Positions 19,556 to 28,361 of a stretch of 64,000 nucleotides of DNA are shown here, in pieces. The notes beneath the pieces were generated by a model, which saw only the letters and a program-made list of their open reading frames with translations, had not been told where the DNA came from and searched no databases. Made by a program: the position numbers and the translations under genes. The stretch is from Burkholderiales bacterium (GTDB lineage Bacteria; Pseudomonadota; Gammaproteobacteria; Burkholderiales; SG8-39): NCBI GenBank assembly GCA_025458245.1, contig JALOSW010000002.1, positions 4,361 through 68,360 on the forward strand, given 5' to 3'. How positions within the stretch are numbered: position 1 is the stretch's first letter; every line of letters begins with the position of its first letter.

Positions 19556-22500
19556 TCAGTCCGGCGCGCGCCGGAGGTCGAGCGTGTAGGGAAAGCTTCG
19601 GTTCGGCCCCTCGGACGCGAGGCTCATCGGGCCGGGCGTGTGGCCGTGGTCCCAGAACCGCGCGAAGCGCCGCGCCTCGGCCTCGTTGGCGTTGACCGGG
19701 AAGGTCTCGTAGTTGCGGCCGCCCGGATGGGAGACGTGATAGGTGCAGCCGCCGATCGCGCGCCCGCTCCAGGTGTCCACGATGTCGAACACGAGCGGCG
19801 TGTTCACGCCGATGGTCGGATGGAGGGCCGAGGGCGGCGCCCACGCCTTGTAGCGCACGCCGGCGACGAACTCGCCGTGCACTCCGGTCGGATGCAGCGG
19901 CACGAAGCGGCCGTTGCACGCGACCGTGTGCCGCTCGCCCACCATGCCGCGAACCTTCACCTGCATGCGCTCGACCGAGGAGTCGACGTAGCGCGCCGTG
20001 CCTGTCCCGGACATCTCCTCGCCGAGGACATGCCACGGCTCGATCGCCTGCCGCAGCTCCATCTCGACGCCTTCGTACGCCACCGTGCCGTAGCGCGGAA
20101 AGCGGAACTCCAGAAAGGGCGCGAACCACTCGTCGCGGAACGGATAGCCGAAGGCGCGCAGGTCGCGCGCGACGTCGCGGATGTCCTCGGCGACGAAGTG
20201 GGGCAGCATCCAGCGGTCGTGGAGTTGCGTGCCCCAGTGCACGAGGCGTCCGCGGTAGGGCGCCTTCCAGAAGCGCGCCACGAGCGCGCGCAGCAGCAGC
20301 ATCTGGACGAGGCTCATGCGCGCGTGCGGCGGCATCTCGAACGCGCGGAACTCGACGAGGCCGAGCCGTCCGGTCGGACCGTCGGGCGAGTAGAGCTTGT
20401 CGATCGAGAACTCGGCGCGGTGCGTGTTGCCGGTGAGATCGACGAGCAGGTTGCGCAGCAGGCGATCGACGAGCCAAGGCTTCTCCGACTCCGTGCCCGC
20501 AGGGAGCTGCTCCTCCATCTGCTGGAACGCGATCGCCAGCTCGTAGAGGTTATCGTCGCGCGCCTCGTCGACGCGCGGCGCCTGCGAGGTCGGGCCGATG
20601 AACATCCCCGAAAAGAGATACGAGAGCGCGGGATGGTTCTGCCAGTAGGTGATCAGGCTGCGCAGCAGGTCGGGACGGCGCAGGAACGGCGAGTCTGCCG
20701 GCGTCGCACCGCCAAGGGTGACGTGGTTCCCGCCGCCCGTGCCGGTGTGCCTGCCGTCGAGCATGAACTTCTCGGTGCCGAGCCGCACCTGCCGCGCCTC
20801 GTCATAGAGGTCGGTGGTGTTGCGCACGAGCTCCGCCCACGCTGCCGCAGGCTGGACGTTCACTTCGATCACGCCCGGGTCCGGCGTCACGGCGAGCGAC
20901 TTGAGACGCGGATCGCGCGGTGCCGGATAGCCCTCCACGCGGATCGGCCGCCTCAGCCGCGCCGCGACGCCCTCGAGCGCCGCGGCGAGATCGACGAAGC
21001 GCTCGAGATGCGTGAGCGGCGGCAGGAAGACGTGCAACCGGCCGCCCCGCGGCTCGATCACGAGCGCGGTGCGCACCACCTCGCGCGGCTCGGGGGCCGC
21101 GCGCGTCGCGCGGCCGGGGCGATGGGTGATCCGCTCGTTCCGCTCGTGCGCGTCGTGGAGTTCCTCGCGCGGGTCGAAGGGGTCGCGATCGAACGCAGGC
21201 TCGACATCGGCGGGGGTGACCTCGGGAAGCGACGCGAGCGGCAGCCGGTAGCCGGCGGGCGAGTCGCCAGGCAGGAGGTACAGCTGCTCGCGCCGCAGCG
21301 GCCAGGCCGAGCTTTGCCACGCGGTCGCCTTATCCGTCCCGGCGGCGCGCAGCGGCAGCACGAATGCGGCCGGCTCGTCGAGGCCGCGTCCGAGCGAGCG
21401 GGCCAGCCGTGAGCGCTCGTCGTAGTCTTTCATCGGCACGCGCGCCGGATCGAGGTTTGGCGGGAGGTTCGCCTCCAGCGCGAGGAGCGGCAGCGGGTCC
21501 TCGTAGGCGGTGATGACGAAGGACTTCGCCAGCCCCAGGGCTTCGGCGAGCGCGTCGGCGAAGTCGCGCGCGTCGTCGAGGGTCGCGTCGGCGGGCAGGT
21601 CTTCGGTGGCGATGAGCCCCGGGTCGCGCCACAGCGGCTTGCCGTCTGCGCGCCAGTAGATCGGCAGCGCCCAGCGCGGCAGCGGCTCGCCCGGATACCA
21701 CTTGCCCTGCCCGTAGAAGACGAGGCCCCCCGGCGCGAACCGGGCCCGCAGCCGTTGCGCGAGCTTCTCCGCGAGCGCCCACTTTGCCGGCGAGAGCGCG
21801 GTGAAATTCCACTCTTCCCCGTCCATGTCCGCCACCGACACGAACGTCGGCTCGCCGCCCTGCGTGAGCCGCACGTCGAGCGCCGCGAGGTCGTGGTCGA
21901 CGCGGTGGCCGAGCGCGTCGATGGCGGCCCACTCGCCGTCGGAATAGGGTTTGGTGACGCGCGGATCCTCGTGGATGCGCGTGACCTTCATCTCGAACTG
22001 GAGCGTCGACTCGCACGGGTCCGTGTAGCCGACGACCGGGGCGGCCGACGCGGGGAACGCGGTCGCGGCGAGCGGGATATGCCCTTCGCCCGCCAGCAGG
22101 CCCGAGGTTGGATCGAGTCCGATCCAGCCCGCGCCGGGCAGGTAGACCTCGGCCCATGCGTGCAGGTCGGTGAAATCGTGGGCCGGACCGGCGGGACCGT
22201 CGAGCGGTTTCACGTCGGCTGCGAGCTGGACGAGATAGCCGGACACGAAGCGCGCCGCGAGCCCGAGGCGGCGCACGATCTGCACGAGCAGCCAGCCGGT
22301 GTCGCGGCACGAGCCGCAGCCGAGCGTGAGCGTCTCCTCGGGCGACTGCACGCCCGGCTCCATGCGCACGAGGTACTTCACGTCCTGCTGCAGCCGCTGG
22401 TTGAGGTGAACGAGCATGTTCACCGTGTTGTCGCCGGGCTTGAATCCCGAGCGCCGGAAGGATTCGATCCACGCCGCGAGCCGCGGGCCCATGTCTTCGC

Positions 22501-22858
22501 ACACGAGATAGGGCGCGAGCTCGGTGCGGAGCGCCGCAGGGTAGTCGAAGGGGAATTGCTCCGCCCAGCTCTCGACGAAGAAGTCGAACGGGTTGATGAC
22601 GGTCATGTCGGCGACGAGGTCGACCGTCACCGCCATCGACTCGGCCTTCTCGGGAAAGACGTAGCGCGCGATCCAGTTCCCGTAGGCGTCCTGCTGCCAG
22701 TTCACGAACTGCTTCGCCGGCTCGACCTTCAGCGAATAGGACAGGATCGGCGTGCGGCAATGCGGCGCGGGGCGCAGCCGGATCTCGTGCGGCGAAAGCG
22801 CCACCGGCCTGTCGAACGCATACCGGGTGGCGTGATGCAGGGCGACGCGGATGGCCAT
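19556..22858 (-). CDS. large transglutaminase-family protein (Bact_transglu_N + transglutaminase core + DUF2126-like region)
   Basis: 1100 aa. N-terminus MAIRVALHHATRYAFDRPVALSPHEIRLRPAPH. Catalytic-type Cys in GCGSCRDTGWLL and His/Asp in DLHAWAEVYLPGAGWIGLDPTSG. Confidence 0.9.
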   Translation of the reverse strand: MAIRVALHHATRYAFDRPVALSPHEIRLRPAPHCRTPILSYSLKVEPAKQFVNWQQDAYGNWIARYVFPEKAESMAVTVDLVADMTVINPFDFFVESWAEQFPFDYPAALRTELAPYLVCEDMGPRLAAWIESFRRSGFKPGDNTVNMLVHLNQRLQQDVKYLVRMEPGVQSPEETLTLGCGSCRDTGWLLVQIVRRLGLAARFVSGYLVQLAADVKPLDGPAGPAHDFTDLHAWAEVYLPGAGWIGLDPTSGLLAGEGHIPLAATAFPASAAPVVGYTDPCESTLQFEMKVTRIHEDPRVTKPYSDGEWAAIDALGHRVDHDLAALDVRLTQGGEPTFVSVADMDGEEWNFTALSPAKWALAEKLAQRLRARFAPGGLVFYGQGKWYPGEPLPRWALPIYWRADGKPLWRDPGLIATEDLPADATLDDARDFADALAEALGLAKSFVITAYEDPLPLLALEANLPPNLDPARVPMKDYDERSRLARSLGRGLDEPAAFVLPLRAAGTDKATAWQSSAWPLRREQLYLLPGDSPAGYRLPLASLPEVTPADVEPAFDRDPFDPREELHDAHERNERITHRPGRATRAAPEPREVVRTALVIEPRGGRLHVFLPPLTHLERFVDLAAALEGVAARLRRPIRVEGYPAPRDPRLKSLAVTPDPGVIEVNVQPAAAWAELVRNTTDLYDEARQVRLGTEKFMLDGRHTGTGGGNHVTLGGATPADSPFLRRPDLLRSLITYWQNHPALSYLFSGMFIGPTSQAPRVDEARDDNLYELAIAFQQMEEQLPAGTESEKPWLVDRLLRNLLVDLTGNTHRAEFSIDKLYSPDGPTGRLGLVEFRAFEMPPHARMSLVQMLLLRALVARFWKAPYRGRLVHWGTQLHDRWMLPHFVAEDIRDVARDLRAFGYPFRDEWFAPFLEFRFPRYGTVAYEGVEMELRQAIEPWHVLGEEMSGTGTARYVDSSVERMQVKVRGMVGERHTVACNGRFVPLHPTGVHGEFVAGVRYKAWAPPSALHPTIGVNTPLVFDIVDTWSGRAIGGCTYHVSHPGGRNYETFPVNANEAEARRFARFWDHGHTPGPMSLASEGPNRSFPYTLDLRRAPD

Positions 22859-22870
22859 GACTGAAGTTCA

Positions 22871-22965
22871 GGATCTAGGATCTAGCATCCAGGATTCAGG
22901 ATTCAGGATTGAGGATCTAGGATCGAGCTCTCAATCCTCAATCCTCAATCGTCAATCCTGAATCC
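22871..22965. repeat. palindromic array of 7-bp tandem repeats (8 x GGATnnA, GAGCTC centre, 5 x TCAATCC-type inverted units)
   Basis: Read directly: ggatcta ggatcta gcatcca ggattca ggattca ggattga ggatcta ggatcga gctc tcaatcc tcaatcc tcaatcg tcaatcc tgaatcc. In-register arm pairing is about 30/35. Confidence 0.9.
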
Positions 22966-22968
22966 TGC

Positions 22969-23718
22969 TCACTGCGGCGTGCGCTCCTCGTCCCAGCTGG
23001 GGTTCGGGAGCTGCGCGAACACGCGCCGCAGGCCTTCGCCCCACTGGGTGTGGATCATGTTGAAGTACGGATCGGATTCGAGGATGCGCCGTTGCATGCC
23101 GACGCGCAGCGCGTCGCGCTCGCACATGAGGAGGTCGATCGGCAGCCCGACGGAGACGTTGGAGCGCATGGTCGAGTCGAACGACACCAGCACGCACTTG
23201 GTCGCGTCGGTGAGCGACGTCGTCGGCTTGATCACGCGGTCGATGATCGGCTTGCCGTACTTGGTCTCGCCGATCTGGAAGAAGGGCGTCTCCGGCGTCG
23301 CCTCGATGAAGTTGCCTTCCGCGTAGACCATGAAGAGCCGCATCGGCTCGCCCTGGATCTGGCCGCCGAGGATGAAGGAGGCGCTCGAGTCGATGTTGTT
23401 CTGCATCAGATAGGCGCCGTCGCGGCGCTTCACCTCGCGCAGGCAGTCGCCGAGAAGCTGCGCCACCTCGAACATCGACTGGGCGTTCCATAGTGTGAGC
23501 GTCCCGTCGACGCGCCGCGCGTTCTGGTCGAGCAGGTTGATGGCGTTCTGCGTGACCGACAGGTTGCCCGAGCTCATGATCACCACGAGCCGGTCGCCGG
23601 GGCGCTCGAACACGCGCATCTTGCGAAAGCTCGATACGTTGTCGACGCCCGCGTTGGTGCGCGAGTCCGAAGCGCACACCATGCCGGCGTCGATGAGGAT
23701 GCCCACGCAGTACGTCAT
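22969..23718 (-). CDS. Anbu-type proteasome beta-subunit-like protease (T1 family)
   Basis: ORF 22969..23781, start MTYCVGILIDAGMVCASDSRTNAG. Thr follows the initiator Met directly, with no propeptide. Overall pattern matches bacterial Anbu proteins. Confidence 0.88.
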   Translation of the reverse strand: MTYCVGILIDAGMVCASDSRTNAGVDNVSSFRKMRVFERPGDRLVVIMSSGNLSVTQNAINLLDQNARRVDGTLTLWNAQSMFEVAQLLGDCLREVKRRDGAYLMQNNIDSSASFILGGQIQGEPMRLFMVYAEGNFIEATPETPFFQIGETKYGKPIIDRVIKPTTSLTDATKCVLVSFDSTMRSNVSVGLPIDLLMCERDALRVGMQRRILESDPYFNMIHTQWGEGLRRVFAQLPNPSWDEERTPQ

Positions 23719-23826
23719 GGCCGTTTTTCCGCGCCGCTGTCGAAGAGCCGCGAGCATAGAGAATCGGCGGCGCGGCGGCAAGGAAGCGAAACACGCATCG
23801 CCGTGCGCACTGTCCCCGCGAGGCGC

Positions 23827-24786
23827 CTACGCGTAGACCGGCACCAGGAAATGCCGGTTGATCTCGTCGTTGAGCGACTGCAGCTTCTCCAGGAACTCGA
23901 GCAGATACTCGTGCAGCCCGACCGCGAAGATGCGCTCGGTCTTGCCGTAGTGGAGCTGCGCATGGATCTCCCCCGCGAGCCGCTCGGGCTCGAGCTTCGC
24001 GCCGGCCGAGAGCTCCTGGAGGATTTCGTACAGCTGGTTCATGCAGGCGTGCAGCGACCGCGGCATGTCCTCGCGCAGCACCAGCAGCTCGGCGACCCGC
24101 AGCGGCGTGATCACGTCGCGGTAGATCTTCCGGTAGGCGTTGAAAGCCGACACCGAGCGCAGCAGCGCCGACCACTGGTAGTAGTCGACCGCGCCGCCCA
24201 CGTCGTGGATGCTCGGCAGCAGCGTGTGGTACTTCACGTCGAGGATGCGCGCCGTGTTGTCGGCGCGCTCGAAGAAGGTCCCCAGGCGGATGAACTGATA
24301 GCCCTCGTCGCGCAGCATGGTGCCGAACGTGACGCCGCGGAACAGGTGGCTGCGGTCCTTCACCCAGTCGAAGAACGCCGAAACCCCCTCGGCGGTCAGC
24401 GTGCCGTAGGACTTCTCGCGGATGCGCAGCCACGTCTCGTTGAGGCTTTCCCACATCTCCACCGAAATCGCGCCGCGCTGCGCCCGCGCGTTCTCGCGCG
24501 CGTGCTGCAGGACCGAGTAGACCGACGAGGGGTTCGACGCGTCGAGCACCATGAAGCGCAGCACGTTCTCGGCGGTGAGCTCGGGATAGCGCTGGTAGTA
24601 AGTCGTGGCGAGCCCGGTGATGACGAGCGGCACCGCCCACGGCTCGGCCCATTTCTCGCCGGGCTCCATGACGCGGTAGGGGAGCATCGACATGCGGTAG
24701 GTCACGTCCAGCATGCGCGCGGTGTTCTCGGCGCGCTCCACCTGGCGCGACATCCAGAACAGGTCGTTCGCGGTTCGGCTCAGCAT
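23827..24786 (-). CDS. alpha-E domain-containing protein
   Basis: 319 aa. MLSRTANDLFWMSRQVERAENTARMLDV and FFERADNTARILDVKY are the duplicated alpha-E signature helices. Confidence 0.9.
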   Translation of the reverse strand: MLSRTANDLFWMSRQVERAENTARMLDVTYRMSMLPYRVMEPGEKWAEPWAVPLVITGLATTYYQRYPELTAENVLRFMVLDASNPSSVYSVLQHARENARAQRGAISVEMWESLNETWLRIREKSYGTLTAEGVSAFFDWVKDRSHLFRGVTFGTMLRDEGYQFIRLGTFFERADNTARILDVKYHTLLPSIHDVGGAVDYYQWSALLRSVSAFNAYRKIYRDVITPLRVAELLVLREDMPRSLHACMNQLYEILQELSAGAKLEPERLAGEIHAQLHYGKTERIFAVGLHEYLLEFLEKLQSLNDEINRHFLVPVYA

Positions 24787-24788
24787 GG

Positions 24789-26213
24789 CTACTGCTCCAG
24801 AACCCAGGTGTCCTTGGTCCCGCCGCCCTGGGACGAGTTGACCACCAGCGAGCCCTCTTTCAGCGCTACCCGGCAAAGGCCGCCGGGGGCCATGCGGATC
24901 TCGCGGCCGGACAGGACGAACGGACGCAGGTCGATGTGGCGGGGCGCGATCCCGGACTCGACGAAGGTCGGGCAGGTCGAGAGCGCGAGTGTGGGCTGCG
25001 CGATGTAGTTGTCGGGCTTCGCGATGATGCGCTCGCGGAACTCGGCGCGCTGCGTCATGGTCGCCGCCGGTCCGACCAGCATTCCGTAGCCGCCCGAGCC
25101 GTGCACCTCCTTCACGACCAGCTCGTCGAGATGCTCCAGGACGTACTTGAGATCGTCGCGCTTGCGCAGCTGCCAGGTCGGCACGTTGGCGAGGATCGGC
25201 TCCTCGGCGAGATAGAAGCGGATCATGTCGGGCACGTGCGGATACATCGACTTGTCGTCGGCCACGCCCGTGCCGATCGCGTTCGCGAGCGTCACGCGCC
25301 CGGCCCGGTACGCGCCGAAGAGCCCCGGCACGCCGAGAATCGAGTCCGGGCGGAAGACCTGCGGGTCGAGGAAATCGTCGTCGATGCGCCGGTAGATCAC
25401 GTCGACGCGCTTCGGTCCGCGCGTCGTGCGCATGTACACCGTGTCGTCGCGCACGAAGAGATCCTGCCCCTCGACGAGCTCCACGCCCATCTGCTGCGCG
25501 AGGAACGTGTGCTCGAAGTAGGCCGAGTTGTACTGTCCGGGCGTGAGCAGCGCCACCGTCGGGTCGGCGACGCCCTCCGGCGCCGCCTGCCGCAGGGTGT
25601 CGAGCAGGAGGTCGGGATAGTGATCGACCGGCGCGACCTGGTAGCGCGCGAAGAGCTCCGGGAAGAGCCGCATCATCACCTTGCGGTCCTCGAGCATGTA
25701 AGAGACGCCCGAGGGCACGCGCAGGTTGTCTTCGAGCACGTAGAACTCGCCCTTGCCGGCGCGCACGATGTCGACCCCGGCGACGTGCGCGTAGATCGCG
25801 TTGCGCACGTCGAGGCCCTGCATGACCGCACGGTACTGGCTGTTCTCCAGCACCCTGCGCGGGGGAATGATTCCTTCCTTCAGGATCGCCTGCTCGTGAT
25901 AGACGTCGTGCAGGAAGAGATTCAGCGCCTTCACGCGCTGCTGCAGGCCGCGCTCCAGCGTCGCCCACTCGTCGGCGGCGAGGATGCGCGGCACGATGTC
26001 GAAGGGGATCAGACGCTCGGTGCCGGTCTCGTCGCCGTAGACGGCGAACGTGATGCCGACGCGGTGGAACATGACCTCGGCCTCGCGGCGCTTTTGCGTG
26101 AGCCGGTCCGGCGGAATCGAGGCGAGCCAGTCCGCGTAGCCGCGGTAGTGCGGCAGGACGCCGCCGTCCAGGCCGCACATCTCGTCGTAGAACACCTGCG
26201 GAGCGGCAGTCAT
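24789..26213 (-). CDS. circularly permuted type-2 ATP-grasp protein
   Basis: 474 aa. FYDEM...HYRGYADWL...REAEVMFHRVGITFAVYGD...ERLIPFDIVPRI is the typical CP_ATPgrasp N-terminus. Ends 2 nt before the alpha-E start. Confidence 0.9.
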   Translation of the reverse strand: MTAAPQVFYDEMCGLDGGVLPHYRGYADWLASIPPDRLTQKRREAEVMFHRVGITFAVYGDETGTERLIPFDIVPRILAADEWATLERGLQQRVKALNLFLHDVYHEQAILKEGIIPPRRVLENSQYRAVMQGLDVRNAIYAHVAGVDIVRAGKGEFYVLEDNLRVPSGVSYMLEDRKVMMRLFPELFARYQVAPVDHYPDLLLDTLRQAAPEGVADPTVALLTPGQYNSAYFEHTFLAQQMGVELVEGQDLFVRDDTVYMRTTRGPKRVDVIYRRIDDDFLDPQVFRPDSILGVPGLFGAYRAGRVTLANAIGTGVADDKSMYPHVPDMIRFYLAEEPILANVPTWQLRKRDDLKYVLEHLDELVVKEVHGSGGYGMLVGPAATMTQRAEFRERIIAKPDNYIAQPTLALSTCPTFVESGIAPRHIDLRPFVLSGREIRMAPGGLCRVALKEGSLVVNSSQGGGTKDTWVLEQ

Positions 26214-26269
26214 CGTTTTGGCGGTTCCTTGGGCTTCACGGGCAGTCTAGCTCACTGCACCCTTCGAAT

Positions 26270-26286
26270 TGCAACCTGCGTGCCAG
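26270..26286 (-). promoter_or_regulatory. sigma-54 (RpoN) -24/-12 promoter
   Basis: Minus strand reads CTGGCACGCAGGTTGCAA. This is TGGCACG-N4-TTGCA with exact consensus spacing, about 57 nt upstream of the ATP-grasp ATG. Confidence 0.75.
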
Positions 26287-26419
26287 GCGCGGGGCAAGGC
26301 CAAAACGCGCTTCGGATCAGTGGCTTGAATCGTCGCCTCGCAGAGCCGGCGACGGCGATGCACCGAATCGGCCGGAGTCGCCCCGGCTTGGTGCGCCGCG
26401 CGGTCGGCGGAGGTCCGCT

Positions 26420-26428
26420 TGCTATACT
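26420..26428 (+). promoter_or_regulatory. candidate extended -10 promoter (TGcTATACT)
   Basis: TGCTATACT lies 52 nt upstream of the GTG at 26480. No clear -35. Confidence 0.3.
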
Positions 26429-26479
26429 CGCGCGCCGTGCGGTCGCAGGGCGCCGCGCGCGGGATCCGAGGAACGAGAA

Positions 26480-27337
26480 GTGGCGAGCGTGATCGAGGCG
26501 ACGGTGCGGGTGCGGGGCGATGCCGGGCGGCTGGAGTCGTTCCGCCGCGAAGCCAACGCGCTGCTCGACGCCGAGTTCGAGCACGAGTATCGCGAGCTTC
26601 ATACCGCCGAGGGGCTCGACTGGCGCATCAAGGCGCGCAAGGGGCTGCCGTTCCCGGCCTTCGCGAGCGCGTCGAGCGCGTTTCCGGAGCTTCTGGTCGA
26701 GATCGAGTGGCGCAACCGCGGCGACGGCACGAGCGGCCAGGCGCTCGTGCAGGCCGGCAAGCTCGTCACCCAGGACGAGCGCCCCTCCGGCCTGCCCCCC
26801 GAGCTTTCGCTCTCGGTCCGGGCCGCGGCGGACGGCACGATCGGGCTCGCGATGGTGCTCAAACGCCGGCGCGACGGCGCATGGGTCGGGTACGCGCTCA
26901 CCGAGTCGCAGCATGCGTTCTTCCGCCTCGCGCCGAGCGCAGAGGGCGAAGAATTGGTCACCACCGACGGGGTCGAGCCCGAGTGGGCCGAGCGCTGGAC
27001 GCTCGCGCCGTCGGGAAACCGGTACGAGGCGCTCGAGACACCCGAACTCGTTCCGGACGACGTGCTCGAGGAACTCGATTGGCTCGCGCACGCGTTCGCC
27101 GACGAATGGATCTGGTTCGCCGAGGCGCCGGCCGACGAAACGGCGGTGGAGCGCCACCGGTTCGAGCTCTACGGCTATCGCGTGCACCCGGCGAACCTCC
27201 GCGCCGAGAAGCTCAAGCGACTCATGACCGCCGAGTCCGGCGGCCTCGTCTACGAATCGCTCGACGACGCGGCGCGCCGCGCCGCCGGCGTCGTCGCGAC
27301 GCACTGGCTGCAGTCCGCAGCCGCAGGGAGAGCGTGA
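26480..27337 (+). CDS. hypothetical protein, no recognisable domain
   Basis: 285-aa ORF. GTG start with GAGGAA 7 nt upstream, strong GC3 bias, balanced acidic composition. Preferred over antisense ORF 26252..27304, which is Arg/Ala/Pro-rich. Confidence 0.7.
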   Translation: MASVIEATVRVRGDAGRLESFRREANALLDAEFEHEYRELHTAEGLDWRIKARKGLPFPAFASASSAFPELLVEIEWRNRGDGTSGQALVQAGKLVTQDERPSGLPPELSLSVRAAADGTIGLAMVLKRRRDGAWVGYALTESQHAFFRLAPSAEGEELVTTDGVEPEWAERWTLAPSGNRYEALETPELVPDDVLEELDWLAHAFADEWIWFAEAPADETAVERHRFELYGYRVHPANLRAEKLKRLMTAESGGLVYESLDDAARRAAGVVATHWLQSAAAGRA

Positions 27338-28197
27338 TGGCCGAGCCGTTCCGCCGCCGCCGCGTGTTGTGTGCGAGCCCCACCGGGCTGCACCGGGTCG
27401 CCTACTTCGAATGGGGCGATCCGAAGAACGAGCGCGTCGTCGTGTGCGTTCACGGGCTCTCGCGCTGCGCGCGGGACTTCGACATGCTCGCCGAGTCGCT
27501 CGCCGGCGATTTCCGCGTGGTCTCGGTGGACCTCCCGGGGCGCGGCGAGAGCGACTGGCTGAAGCAGCCGCTCGAATACGTCGTGCCGACCTACGTCAAC
27601 GATCTCGTCACGGTGATCGCGCGGCTCGACGCGGAGTCGGTCGACTGGGTGGGCACCTCTCTCGGCGCCCTTACGGGCATGGTGATCGCCGCGCAGCCCG
27701 AGTCGCCGATTCGGCGTTACGTGGCGAACGACTTCGGGCCGGTGATCACCGCGGTCGCGCTCGAACGCATCGGCACGTACATCGGCAAGGCGCCGACCTT
27801 CGCATCGTTCGCCGACGCCCAAGCCTATGTGCGGGCGGTCAGCGCGCCGTTCGGCCCGCACAGCGACGGCCAGTGGCGAACGCTCACCGAGCACGTGGTG
27901 CGTCCGCTTGCGGAGGGCGGCTTTCGCATGCACTACGACCCGCGCATCGCAGAGCCCTACAACGCGCAGCGCCCGTTCAAGGACACCGACCTGTGGGCCG
28001 TGTGGGATGCGGTGAGGGTGCCGACGCTGCTCCTGCGCGGCGCCGAGTCGGATCTCCTCACGCACGAGACGGCGCTCGAAATGTCGCGCCGAGGCCCGAA
28101 GGCCGAGCTGGTCGAGTTCCCCGGCGTGGGCCACGCGCCGACGCTCCTCGCGGAAAGTCAGATCGCGCCGATCCGGGAGTTCCTGTCCCGCGGCTAG
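27337..28197 (+). CDS. alpha/beta hydrolase
   Basis: C-terminal 286 aa of ORF 26419..28197. VVCVHGLSRCARDF (HG oxyanion), nucleophile elbow GTSLGA, C-terminal GVGHAP. The ATG overlaps the upstream stop (TGATG). Confidence 0.88.
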   Translation: MAEPFRRRRVLCASPTGLHRVAYFEWGDPKNERVVVCVHGLSRCARDFDMLAESLAGDFRVVSVDLPGRGESDWLKQPLEYVVPTYVNDLVTVIARLDAESVDWVGTSLGALTGMVIAAQPESPIRRYVANDFGPVITAVALERIGTYIGKAPTFASFADAQAYVRAVSAPFGPHSDGQWRTLTEHVVRPLAEGGFRMHYDPRIAEPYNAQRPFKDTDLWAVWDAVRVPTLLLRGAESDLLTHETALEMSRRGPKAELVEFPGVGHAPTLLAESQIAPIREFLSRG

Positions 28198-28361
28198 CGC
28201 AGGTCGTCACGGAGGCGTGACGGACGCAGGGAAGTTCTCGTGTGGAGCACTCTGGATCGGAGCAGAATGCGTTTCCGGCGACCGCTCCCGCGCCCGGCTT
28301 CGGCGCGCCGCGGCGCTGAGGCTCCCAAGTGCGTGGTCGAACGCCTCTGGGCTGCGCTCCG

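Noticed and set aside
22871-22965. Possible CRISPR array (also considered for 51728..51790).
   Set aside because: Units are 7 and 9 bp and directly abut with no unique spacers. There are no cas genes in the window. These are micro/minisatellite-type repeats.
26359-26395. NtrC-type enhancer sites (TGCACC at 26359 and GGTGCG at 26390) upstream of the sigma-54 promoter.
   Set aside because: The half-sites are about 31 bp apart rather than forming TGCACC-N5-GGTGCA dyads. Neither has a convincing partner half-site. Left as untested.
26252-27304. 350-aa minus-strand ORF opposite the 285-aa hypothetical gene.
   Set aside because: Its composition is Arg/Ala/Pro/Gly/Glu-dominated and it has no RBS. 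The plus-strand ORF has GC3 bias, an RBS and stop-start coupling to the hydrolase. Only one of the two can plausibly be real.
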